From Octopus sinensis (taxonomy: Eukaryota): a DNA stretch of 25,964 nucleotides. The DNA lies in assembly GCF_006345805.1 (NCBI RefSeq), contig NW_021835565.1:1-25964 (forward strand). The letters run 5' to 3'. Below are positions 1 through 10,700 of the stretch, in pieces. Under the pieces are notes generated by a model, which saw only the letters and a list, made by a program, of their open reading frames with translations, made no database searches and was not told where the DNA came from. Position 1 is the stretch's first letter. Each line of letters begins with the position of its first letter. A program made the position numbers and the translations under genes.

Positions 1-174
1 CATACATACATTATATATATATATCATATTATATATATATATATGTTCGCAACATAAGAGATATAAAACCAGGGCAGCATTATCTTTTCAGCTTAATACT
101 ACATGCTATTATTTAGCATTTTATGTGTGCTTCGAGATCCATTTCTGAAAAGAATATGCATACATTCACACAGA

Positions 175-209
<35 letters not shown>

Positions 210-399
210 ATATATATATATAAGATATATAATATAAATATGCGTGTGTGTTACATATACACATATATGTTCACATAGATGCAACAGTGAAGTTAGCAAC
301 AACTCCACAACAAGCAATAGTAAAGCTAGCAACAATAGCAAGAACAAACAAACGAGAGGCAAACGAGAGAGGCAGCACAAAAACTATGTATAATGATTG

Positions 400-535
400 C
401 TTCTTACATTGGCACAAGGTCAGAAATGCGTAGGTGCGGAGAAAAGTAGGAGGAGAAGCCATGATTGTGTGAATTTCGACTCAACACATATTTTATCGAT
501 CCTTCTCCCCAAAGTGATGAAAGGTAAAGTGGCAA
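400..535 (-). mobile_element. Degraded fragment of SINE family A (central domain and tail)
   Basis: ttggcacaaggtcag...ttttatcgat...gatgaaaggtaaagt matches the better-preserved copies at 4366-4583 and 13781-13999. Confidence 0.6.
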
Positions 536-539
536 CTAT

Positions 540-1260
540 ATAAATAAACATCAAGAAACAAACAATAAGAGTAACAGTAAAGAAAAATAAGCGAAACAGA
601 GACAAAGGCAAGACCAACAGTAACGGTAAAGATAACGTCAGAAAAATAACAAACACTTGAGTAAACAAGAACAGTAATTGCAACAAAAAAAAAAAAAAAA
701 ACATAAGCCATAACAACGGTAATGTTAATAAGACCAGCATCGGCAGCCGTAGAAGCAGCAGCAACAACAACAACAACAACAACAACAGCAACAACAGCAA
801 CAACAACCAGGGGCTTTAACAAACAAATAGTAAAGCGATGAGAACAGCAGAATTTCTGAATGATACAAATGCCAAAAATAGCAACAATAACAACAAATAT
901 TATTATTATCTAAATAAAAACATTAACGTCTACAAAAGCTATAACAACATTAAGCAAAATAACAGTAACAATGATAATGGTATTATTATCATTATTATTA
1001 TTATTATTATTGTCAACAATAGCAACAACAAAAAGCAACAGCCATTAATGCTAACAGTTTGCAACCACAACAAAAATGGAAGCCAAAAAATGGAAAGGAA
1101 AAAAAAAAAACAGCGATGAATACAGCCGGGTGGCGTAACAACATCAGCAACAATAATAATAATTATTATAATAATAATTGTAATAATAGGATTACAAAAG
1201 CAACAACGACAACAACAGCATAATGCTAGCAGTAACGGGAAAGAACAGCAACAACAGCGT
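540..1260. repeat. Degenerate trinucleotide low-complexity tract (AAC/AGC/AAT)
   Basis: Runs of aacaacaac, agcagcagc and aataataat; this tract generates the poly-Leu/Val/Ile ORFs in the track. Confidence 0.9.
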
Positions 1261-1323
1261 TAACAACAGTTTGCGTATGTCTATGCATTATGTACTATAT
1301 ATATATATATATTATATATATAT

Positions 1324-1368
<45 letters not shown>

Positions 1369-1572
1369 TATATATATTACATTGGTTTGTGTGTGTTTGC
1401 GTGTTCTTGTATGATGGTGTGTCTTTATGTGTATATTAATGGAAATTTAATCTAATGAGAAGCTACCTGAAGCTTTACCTGATACACTAAATGAAAGAAC
1501 TAAAGAAATAACTGAAACAGCAAATTGATGGCCAACATCTCCCTCTGTTTCAATATAGTGTGTGTGTGTGTG

Positions 1573-1621
<49 letters not shown>

Positions 1622-1744
1622 TGTGTGTGGCCTTATTGCTGTTGTCGTAGTTGCTTTTGTAATGCTATTATTACAATCATTATTATAATTATTGTTATTG
1701 TTGCTGATGTTGTTACTGTTGTTGGTTTTTACGCCACCCGGCTA

Positions 1745-2140
1745 TATAGAAGATCCTGAAATGTCTAGCTCCCAACTCTGAAGTTGAAAGCTTTAGCAAC
1801 CACCAAACTGGACGGCACTGCATAATACCAAAGATCCTGTCTTCTCCCTCTAGAATGGGGACCCAATACTGTAACAGCCCGAGTTTCAAAGACCCACAAC
1901 TATTCATCATTCTGCCATACAGCCTCAGAGATTTGCGATGTGTAAATATGGACATCTTCAAAAAGCGGCAGGACAAATTTTTATCTGAGATACGAGATGA
2001 ACCCACAACGCGGCAGAAAGGTACAAAGAAGAGCTGTTCTGACCAACTCGCTACTTCAGCAAAAACTACAGAAAAGAAACCCAATCACACTGGAAGGCGG
2101 TGCTCCAGCATGACCTCAAGCACTACCTAAAACTAGTATA
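1745..2140 (+). mobile_element. 5'-truncated CR1-like LINE: ORF2 C-terminus and 3' UTR
   Basis: Translation I*KILKCLAPNSEVESFSNHQTGRHCIIPKI...KDPQLFIILPYSLRDL...DIFKKRQDKFLSEIRDEP, then after a frameshift RAVLTNSLLQQ. This fits the invertebrate CR1-type C-terminal pattern WKILEGLxPN...GRxC...GPxLFNxLP...FKxxLDxFL..IPDEP...SNSL. A microsatellite tail follows. Confidence 0.75.
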
Positions 2141-2145
2141 ATATA

Positions 2146-2156
2146 TAGAGAGAGAA

Positions 2157-2192
<36 letters not shown>

Positions 2193-2206
2193 GCAGACAG
2201 ACAGAC

Positions 2207-2246
<40 letters not shown>
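2146..2246. repeat. Compound (GA)n-(GACA)n-(GATA)n microsatellite
   Basis: Direct reading; lies immediately 3' of the LINE tail. Confidence 0.95.
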
Positions 2247-2247
<1 letters not shown>

Positions 2248-2455
2248 TGGGGCTATACTTCCGTCGATGGCATATCACCTAGAAAACATCTAACGGTGTA
2301 TTATCTGAAGAAGTGGCATTTAAACACCATATTACATAATGTTATATGATCTTGCATTTTGTTGCCAAATTATATTATGAATCGTGGTAATAAAATTTTG
2401 CTACAGAAACATATGTAGTTATACCCAAAACACCCATTCGTTTCATCTTTATTGC

Positions 2456-2505
<50 letters not shown>

Positions 2506-2544
2506 CTTACACATTCATGCACACGAGTGTGCGCGTGTGTGTGT

Positions 2545-2850
2545 TTGTCTGTGTGTGTATTGACACTGTCCTTTTTCTAACATCATCGTTGACCCTGTTC
2601 CCAACACTTAACAAAAGTCGGGTTGTCGATGTCGTTAATTCTGTTATTTCAACCAATCACTCAGATAACTTCTGTGATTTCTGGCAGTTGTTGAGCCATT
2701 GTGGCTTAAATAATAACGTTTTCTTTCTCTAGGGTCTTTCTTCGCTTCTACTTCTGTATTCCCTGATGGATCCATTTTCTTTTTTCTTTTTCTTTTTTGT
2801 TTTCATTTTTAGTTTTATGTTTGTTTAGATTTTAGTGGATATTTTCAACT
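2545..2850 (-). mobile_element. Decayed RTE-like LINE ORF2 fragment, distal part
   Basis: Minus-strand MDPSGN...RYYLS and LPEITEVI resemble the RTE pre-RT linker (LxDxxGN...FYxxLY; PxITxxEV). Several stops; A-rich strand; collinear with 3390-3920. Confidence 0.4.
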
Positions 2851-3381
2851 TTTTATTTTGTTACTTGTTTCGCTCACTGGATTGCAGCCATTCTGGGTCT
2901 TGAAGGGTTTAGCCAAGCAAATCGACCCCAGTACTTATTTCTTTTAAAGTATGGTACTTATTCTATCCGCCATTTTCGCCAATAGAATTAGTTATGGGGA
3001 CGTGAACAAACAAACACCGGTTGTTAAGTGGAGGTAGGGGACAAGCATAAACATAAAGACGCACGCATACATATACATACGCACGCACAAACGTGTTGAG
3101 TTCCCTTCTTTCGTTTGTCTACTCATTCGTATATAATACACACACACACATACACACACATACACACACACACATATATATATACACACATGCACACACA
3201 TATATACGATGAGCTTCGATGGGCTTCCACATAACCTTAGTCTACAAATAGTACTACCAAAAGCATTGGCTGGCCCAAGGTTATAATAGAAGACACTTGC
3301 CCAAGGTTCCGCTTTGTGAGACTGAACCCGAAAGTATATGATTACAAAGCGAGCTTCTTAACCACACAGCTACACCTACGC
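2851..3381 (-). mobile_element. Full-length SINE family C with internal (CA)/(TA) spacer
   Basis: Reverse complement gives a head gcgtaggtgtagctgtgtggttaagaagc with B-box-like gggttcagtctc, CORE-like ccttgggcaagtgtctt, a microsatellite at about 3060-3205, and a 3' part ending ctgaaac/gaaacaagtaa-type tail. Confidence 0.85.
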
Positions 3382-3389
3382 TTATGTTG

Positions 3390-3920
3390 AATTATAATTG
3401 TTTCTATGTTGTGAAAGTTTTAAACTTTGTGTTCTCATTGTTTCCTGTAGATCTGTTTATGCTGTTCTCTTCACTAGCTGCGAGTTGACTTAGAGATTTA
3501 TTCTATTATTTTTTCTTTTTTTTTTCTTATTTTTCGTTTCTTCATCAGATCCAGAGTATCCTGAGATAATTTGATGTTGTTTTAATCATATGTTTCCCTG
3601 TAGTCTTCACCTGTTTCAGTAAGAGTTTTTTACTGTGTTGTTGTAATTATTTAAAAACCTTCGATGTCGTCATTTCATATTTGTTGTTTAGTGACTGCAG
3701 TGTTTTGGTCACCTTAGACATGATCGATATAGTTCTTAATGATCCTGATTGATTTGTTGTTTACCACTTTTGGAACTTGCCATGGATAATTTTGTGATTG
3801 CTCTTAATTTCTGTTTCCGTTTACGACAGTGGACACTCAATCCTCATTTTCGAGTATATCTCTAAACTTGATAATATGCTTTCAGTACTTGTTTTTACCT
3901 TGCATTTTTAAATTTAAGCT
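3390..3920 (-). mobile_element. Decayed RTE-like LINE ORF2 fragment (endonuclease end and linker)
   Basis: Minus-strand KLSQDTLDLMKKRK (3531-3572) matches the RTE linker motif KLSxxTxxLMxKRR. Upstream NDDIE and IKSNHKIIHGK (APE C-terminal SDH-like motif) are in the expected order. Many stops. Confidence 0.6.
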
Positions 3921-4102
3921 CACAATATATATATGCATACATACATATATATATAAACTATTCATTTAATATTTAATAGTCGGGAAAAAGTACCGTGGTA
4001 GCGATTAAGATATTTTATTTTGATCGAGTCAATCTCTATATGCCTGTAGATCCGATGTACATATAGGTGAAACTCAAAGTAGCAAGAGACTGATTCAAAA
4101 TA

Positions 4103-4112
4103 ATAGATAGAT

Positions 4113-4183
<71 letters not shown>
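4103..4183. repeat. (GATA)n microsatellite
   Basis: Direct reading. Confidence 0.95.
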
Positions 4184-4300
4184 CGACTTACATTTTTAAT
4201 AACGCAGATTCGTTTCTAAATGGATTCACCCACGAAGCTTTAGTAGTCCTATGAGGCTGAGTTAAACATTGAATAATATATATATATATTTAACATTATA

Positions 4301-4349
<49 letters not shown>

Positions 4350-4365
4350 GATTATAAAAAAAATA

Positions 4366-4583
4366 TGGATTTCAAATTTTGGCACAAGGTCAGCAATTTC
4401 AGCGGAGGAGCTAAGTCGATTACATCGACTCCGAATATTCCACTGGCTCTTATTTCATCAACCCCGAAAGGATGAAAGGCAAAGTCGACCTCGGCGGTAT
4501 TTGAACTTAGAGCGTAAAGCCTGAAGAAATGCCGCTAAGCGTTTTCCTAAGCGCTATACCGATTCTGCCAGTTCACTGCCTTA
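4366..4583 (-). mobile_element. SINE family A, tandem copy 1
   Basis: tRNA-like head (RC taaggcagtgaactggcagaatcg; B-box-like aagttcaaatacc), central ctttgcctttcatcctttcgggg, tail ccttgtgccaaaatttgaaatcc. Confidence 0.9.
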
Positions 4584-4592
4584 ATTTAATAA

Positions 4593-4812
4593 TAGTTTCA
4601 AATTTTGGTACTAAGCCAGCAACTTCGAGGAGTGGGTAAGTCGATTACATCGACCCCAGTGTTCAAACGTTACTTATTTTATCGACCACAAAATGATGAA
4701 AGGTAAATTCGACCCCGGTGGAATTTGAACTCGGGACATAACGACGGACAAAATGCCGCTAAACATTTTTCCCGGTGTGCTGACGATTCTGCCAGCTCGC
4801 CGCCTTGCCTTA
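4593..4812 (-). mobile_element. SINE family A, tandem copy 2
   Basis: Same architecture as copy 1; B-box-like gagttcaaattcc on the minus strand. Confidence 0.9.
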
Positions 4813-4820
4813 ATTTAATA

Positions 4821-5040
4821 TTTGTTTCTACTATAAGCACACCGCCTGGATTTTGTGGGGAAAGGGACAGTCGATCACATCGACCTCAGTACTCAACTGG
4901 TATTTAATTTATTGCCCCAGAGAGGATGAAAGGCAAAGCTGACCTCTGCGGAATTTGAACTCGGAACGTAACGACGGATAAAATGCCGTTAAGCATTTTC
5001 CCGGTGTGCTGACGATTCTGCCAGCTCGCCGCCTTGCCTT
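4821..5040 (-). mobile_element. SINE family A, tandem copy 3 (variant tail)
   Basis: Same head and centre; tail variant RC gtgtgcttatagtagaaac; 5000-5049 is identical to 4771-4820. Confidence 0.9.
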
Positions 5041-5690
5041 AATTTAATAATAGATAATAATATATTTTAAAACTGTATCCAATATTTTCTTCCTTTTTTA
5101 GACAGTATGTGTATGGGAAATCATGATATGACAATTATTTATTTAACTACTATTTCTCGAAAAGGTGAACAACCACATAGAGACTCTCGCATTGGGCTTG
5201 AATAAGAATGATTTCTTTAGAACTACATTATAGAAGATCGATAATTTTAAGCCACGAATTGTTATAAGAAATACGAAAGCGAGAGAAAAGACAATGCGAA
5301 GCTTATAGTTTGATAAAGCAAACCTAACATGGCTACTGCAACATGTAATAATAATGTAAATAGCGGTTGTTATGAAATTAATGACTATTCTGAACTATAA
5401 TCATTTTCTATCTGTGAAAGGTGATTTTTGATATATACTTGGCGAGAAAAACTAATCTAAATTTTAACAAAATAACATCTCTTTGCTTTGCAGTTCTTTC
5501 TTCTTATTTTTGTATTTCCGTAAAATAATCAATATGGCCTCCGGTTTACTTCCCACTAATATATGAAACAATTCACATTTCTGAATTAATATCTTGTATT
5601 GGCCAGTTTACATTCAGCCAAAACTGATTACTTCCGTTGTATTGGTCTTTGGTGTAAACCAAATGGCTTTGGTACAAAGACTTACCAACC

Positions 5691-5828
<138 letters not shown>

Positions 5829-6443
5829 GTACACTCATATATATGTATATGTATTTACCCGAGTCTGTGAGTCTGTGTGTGTGTACGTGCATGTGTGCGT
5901 GCATGCGTGTGTGTATATGTGTGCGTGTGTGTGTGCGCGTGCGTGTACGGTTATTAAATATAGTTTGCTAACCTGCAAAGAATAACGAAGTTATGATACA
6001 TGTTAGTATACTATCAGAAATTGCTATAAATGTGTATGAATTTATTTAATATCTCTATAAAAAAGGAGGGTCGGGAAGGTAATCTCTCTCTCTGTTCTAT
6101 ATTAATAAATCTTGATTGAAGCAATAAAAGCCTCCATGTTTTGGAAATACTACATTTTTCGCTTTATTTCATATGAACACCGTTAATACTATTTCATGCG
6201 TACATTAAATAAAAACATACTAATGGGTATATGTACGTGTATGTTAGCGTTTTCATACATATAGATAGATAGGTGATCACCTGGTTTACAAGTTCGCTTT
6301 GCGATTACTACTAGTTCTGATTTCGATCGCGCTGCACGACATTTATACAGAGAAACATCGTTTACTTTCACCTGAGGCCGATCTAGGCAACATGGGTAAA
6401 AATTCCATAGCTGGAAACGTTATGGAAGTTGGTCAGATGAACT

Positions 6444-7303
6444 GAGCAGGTATGGTTGTGTGGTAAGAGCTGTCCTTCCCAACTAAATGCTTCCGGGTTC
6501 AGCCTCACTTCGCAGCACCTTGAGCAAGTGTCTTTTTACTATAGCCTTGGGCCGACCAAAGTCTTGTAGGTAGATTTGCTAGACAGAAACTGAAAGAAGG
6601 CGGCGTGCTGGCAGAAACGTTAGCACGCCGGGCGAAATGCTTCGCGGTATTTCGTGTGTCTACTTTCCGAGTTCAAATTCCGCCGAGGTCGACTTTGCCT
6701 TTCATCCTTTCGGGGTCGATAAATTAAGTATCAGTTACGCACTGGGGTCGATGTAATCGACTTAATACCTATGTCTATCCTTGTTTGTCCCCTCTATGTT
6801 TAGCCCCTTGTGGGTAATAAAGAAATAGGTATTTCATCTGTCTTTACTAGATGAGTTCAAATTCCGCCGAGGTCGACTTTGCCTTTCATCCTTCCGGGGT
6901 CGATAAATTAAGTACCAGTCACGTGCTGGGGTCGATGTAATCGAGTTAATCCCTTTGCCTGTTCTTGTTTGTCCCCTCTATGTTTAGCCCCATGTGGGCA
7001 ATAAAGAAATAAGAAACTGAAAGAAGCCCGTCGTATATAATTTTATGTGTGCGTGTGTATGTATGTATGTATGTATGTATGTATGTATGCATGTATGCAT
7101 GTATGCATGTACGTATGTATACATGTATGTATGTATCTATGTGTGTGATTTGTGTTTGTGTTTGTTCTGCTTGACAATTTGTGTTGGTTTGATTACATCC
7201 CCGTAACATAGCAGTTCGGCAAAAAAAGGCCTATAGAATATGTACCGTACTTAAAAAATTAAGTACTGAGGTCTATATGTTCCCCTAAACCCTTCAAGAC
7301 GCT
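6444..7303 (+). mobile_element. SINE family C interrupted by a nested family A dimer
   Basis: Head and CORE-like part at 6444-6598 resumes at 7012 (agaaactgaaagaagcccgtcg), followed by a (GTAT)n spacer and the 3' part at about 7140-7303. Confidence 0.85.
6599..7011 (+). mobile_element. Family A SINE dimer (full unit plus 5'-truncated unit) with a 14-bp TSD
   Basis: A-box-like tggcagaaacg and B-box gagttcaaattcc; unit 1 at 6599-6827, unit 2 at 6828-7011; agaaactgaaagaa duplicated at 6585-6598 and 7012-7025. Confidence 0.9.
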
Positions 7304-7358
7304 AAGTGAGCGCCTTCAAGGGCTTAGTCGAACAGAGTATAAAACACATACACACACA

Positions 7359-7398
<40 letters not shown>

Positions 7399-7670
7399 GA
7401 GTATATTCTATGGAAGTAAATATGTGCAAGGCTACACTTTTATGGTGCAAGCCTGTGCAGTTTTTATGCATATCATTTTTTTTCTGTAGACGTAATATAT
7501 TAGAACGTGCGTGAAAATCTCGTTTCTCCTACCGAAGATCAAAGAGCAGCTCAAAAGAAAGTTAGTGTCATGCAGTACAACAATATATTGTGCCCCACCC
7601 CTCTTATTTGAGAGCGCCAGCTGCTGAGAAAGACATGAACTCATATAATTATATATATGTATATATATAT

Positions 7671-7720
<50 letters not shown>

Positions 7721-7721
7721 C

Positions 7722-7774
7722 CCCACTGTGGTGATCTAGCATGACCGCAGCTGCACAGCTGAAACGACTAAAAG

Positions 7775-7776
<2 letters not shown>
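7722..7776 (+). mobile_element. Isolated 3' tail of the CR1-like/SINE C type
   Basis: gtggtgatctagcatgaccgcagct...gctgaaacgactaaaaga resembles 2094-2140 and 25818-25875; runs into (GATA)n. Confidence 0.65.
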
Positions 7777-7813
<37 letters not shown>

Positions 7814-7849
7814 AGAGAGAGAGAGATAGATAAAGATAGAGAGATAGAT

Positions 7850-7940
<91 letters not shown>

Positions 7941-7941
7941 T
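7777..7941. repeat. (GATA)n microsatellite
   Basis: Direct reading, with a few GATAAA/GAGA interruptions. Confidence 0.95.
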
Positions 7942-8272
7942 ATGTTTCTTTATTAGCCACACAGGGCTGCACACAGATAGAACAAATTACAAGGTAGAGT
8001 TTTTCTTTTGGGGGTAAAAAAAAGGGAGTGGTGGTTTTCGATCAAAAGGGATCGTAAAAGGAAAGAAAGAGGACAAAAAAAGGGAGGGGTTAATAAAAAA
8101 AAAAAAAAAGGTGGGGGAGAGCAAAAAAATTGATCAATAGGGATCGTTATCACAGAAATGTCAATATGAAGTGTAAAGGGGGAGAACAGGTGAGGTTTAC
8201 CCGTGGAAAGAAAAGCCTACGGAAAAGACCACGGTAACCTCGGTCAATGAAGTCACATGTTATATTTCTTTT
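7942..8272 (-). mobile_element. Probable 3' UTR of a 5'-truncated non-LTR retrotransposon
   Basis: The minus strand has pyrimidine-rich tracts and ends ...gtgcagccctgtgtggctaataaagaaaca into a (TATC)n tail. It carries no coding motif, so the clade cannot be read from sequence; the L1/Tx1-like assignment rests on recollection only. Confidence 0.55.
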
Positions 8273-8311
<39 letters not shown>

Positions 8312-8330
8312 GATAGATAGATAGATAGAC

Positions 8331-8409
<79 letters not shown>
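8273..8409. repeat. (GATA)n microsatellite
   Basis: Direct reading. Confidence 0.95.
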
Positions 8410-8479
8410 CAAATTTACATACGTATACACAGACACTCACACATACACCAAAAGTGTACAGCAAGAGATATAACCAACA

Positions 8480-10700
8480 CGGTCAACCTCGTATTTTGCA
8501 CCTTTGTTACCGCTGTCCATTTCTCGATGTTGTTCAACCATCCTATTTATGGTCATGTGATATCTCTCTCCCTGTAGGTTTGTTCATGCATGACCGTATT
8601 GACTAGTGATTGTTGTTGTTAGTAGTGTTGTTATCTTGTCCTACGTAAGAGTCTAACGTGTTGGCCTATGGTCATAGAAATTCACATTTAAAATGTGACC
8701 CTCCGCCTTTTTTCCTATGATTTGGTTTTGGGTTTTGTTATCCAACGACTCCTTTCTCTTTCTTTTTAGGACTCTAGGTTATTATTTTGTGAGAAACAAA
8801 ACAGCACTTTCTGCCAGTTCGATCCTCCATGTACTGGTGTCTATGTTGACTCATTAACTAGAAAAATGGTATTGTGGTGTCGCGTTCTAAGAGTAAATCA
8901 TTTCATTTCCCACCTTTAATAACTGACAAAAGAGTTTAATGTTCCGTCGGTTTCTCAATAATATCTCTCTTAACTCCCTCGTCAGTTGGCTGTCTCCAAA
9001 TGAAATGCTAAACATTTTTCAATAACTTTTCTCTTCAAATATCATCTCTTTCTAACTTTTAGCATCTGGCATTCGTAATTCTCGGTCATAGAGTGATGTG
9101 AAATTGCTGCTATTCTTTAAAATGCAATCTTTAGAAAGAGTCATAATTGATAAAGTATATAAACATACACACCGCCTGTTGCCATTCTTCTTCTTATTAT
9201 TTTTTTTTTTGTATTGGAATCTTTCTATTTTAGAATAGCATAAAATAAATTGCTTTATTTTGAGATTCTTCAAATGTACAGTGAAAAATACAAACAATGT
9301 ATACAGGATAGATGTAAGCTATTACAGAGTTTAGATTTCTTTGAAGATGGAAAACAATATTTTCTCACGTTTATTATTCCTGTACTATACTTCTAGCAAA
9401 GTTTTTCGGCTGTTTTAAAATTTTATTATTATTTCCAAGATCTTCATATTCGTTTGATATAATTCTTGGATTCTTCACTTTGTCTATGGCACTGTATTTC
9501 CTTAATCCAAGAAAGAAAATCGGCAATTCACTATAAAATATATAAAACACGAGTGTAGACAAATTTTGAAGTTTTTAATAAGGTAGCTTTGTTACCTGAA
9601 TCATATACATTTCTCGTACATCATATTAACCTTTGATATTTAGTTTCAACTATATTTTATAAATCTCCGTCGGTTTTGGTCTCTAAGTTCTTTATTTCAT
9701 TTAACAACGTTATGCTTACAGGAATTTTCTTTCTAAGAAATCAGTTATGGACTTAGTTTACCAGACAGTAAACTAGACTGACTGACTGAAACTTTGATCA
9801 TATCTTATCAAATATGCATAAGTTTCTAAGCTAGCATTTCCTTCAACTTAAATTGCTTCATAAAAATGCTTCATTTACACAGAACAACCCAATTTTGTCT
9901 CCTACCAAACAATTATTATTCAACAGTTAGAATTTTGTTTTTTTAGATATTGTACACCATACCTCATATCTTAAGGTTGTTTGAAGATTCTTTTATAAAC
10001 CCTGATAATAATTATTTTTTCGTTGACTCCTCCAAACAAAGCGAAATATTGATTTTATTGATAGCATTCTTAGAATCCATGTTCGTAAAATCATATCAGT
10101 AACTTTGATACTATAACGTAATATTTCCCTGCATTACTGTGGCTCCCACTTGACTCCCTCTAACACTCTCATGACACTCTTCTGTCATATAGTTATCATG
10201 TCACCCATTTTAAAGTCAAGTGGTTTCACGTGTGATGTGGAGAAATTTTTGGAATGAATTATACCGTATAAGTTTGCATGCGTTTCTATCTAGTTCTGTA
10301 TAGAAATATTTTTATTGCATATCATTTGTCATAGTTTATGACCTGAAATAGTTTCAAGCAAACCTAACACGCTTCCCTTAGTCTCCTTACGGGCAACAGC
10401 CTCAAGACACATTCATTCTTGTTCCGATATTACAGGAAAAGCCGGAACAAAAACTATTGCTTCTACACAGTATATATTCTGGTCAGCGCATACATAAAAT
10501 TGTCAAATCTGATTGAATCGCGGATACTATAACAAACAACCAGATTAACTTTACCCTTTCGGAAAAGGCTTGTAGGATATTAACGAACTAAATTTTGGTA
10601 TATTGGTAGTAGCCTTTCGAGATTACCGTTTCCTGAGCCCTAATAATTCTGTCAGCACATTTTTTTGCGTTATTTTATATTGCATTCATAGTACTGCTTG
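8480..10700 (-). mobile_element. Heavily decayed L1/Tx1-like LINE ORF2 remnant
   Basis: Minus-strand motifs in L1 order, with stops and frameshifts: LFRKGK (10550-10567), Q..FVP (about 10443-10460), NxIET..LY, NG..TE, GV..P.(S)M (about 10131-10160), KSIFRFVW (10032-10055), KQP*DM.GM, NKILTV, NW, IFYSEL. No YADD segment was recognisable and the 3' boundary is uncertain. Confidence 0.45.

Noticed and set aside
99-1760. Poly-Leu/Val/Ile and Tyr-Ile ORFs in the track, and similar ORFs at 5594-5971, 7432-8464, 13078-13381, 15566-17197 and 19480-20425
   Set aside because: They are translations of (TA)n, (TG)n, (GATA)n and trinucleotide tracts, with no domain content.
2295-2335. ctgaagaag followed by gtg...cac as a second hammerhead
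   Set aside because: No GAAA(C) after the putative stem II and no stem I pairing.
4366-5049. Regularly spaced ~225-bp repeats as a CRISPR-like or satellite array
   Set aside because: The units are whole SINE copies found dispersed elsewhere in the window; there is no repeat-spacer structure and no cas-like ORF.
6271-6282. 12-bp perfect palindrome aggtgatcacct (nuclear-receptor-like inverted half sites)
   Set aside because: A single short motif with non-consensus half sites and no supporting context.
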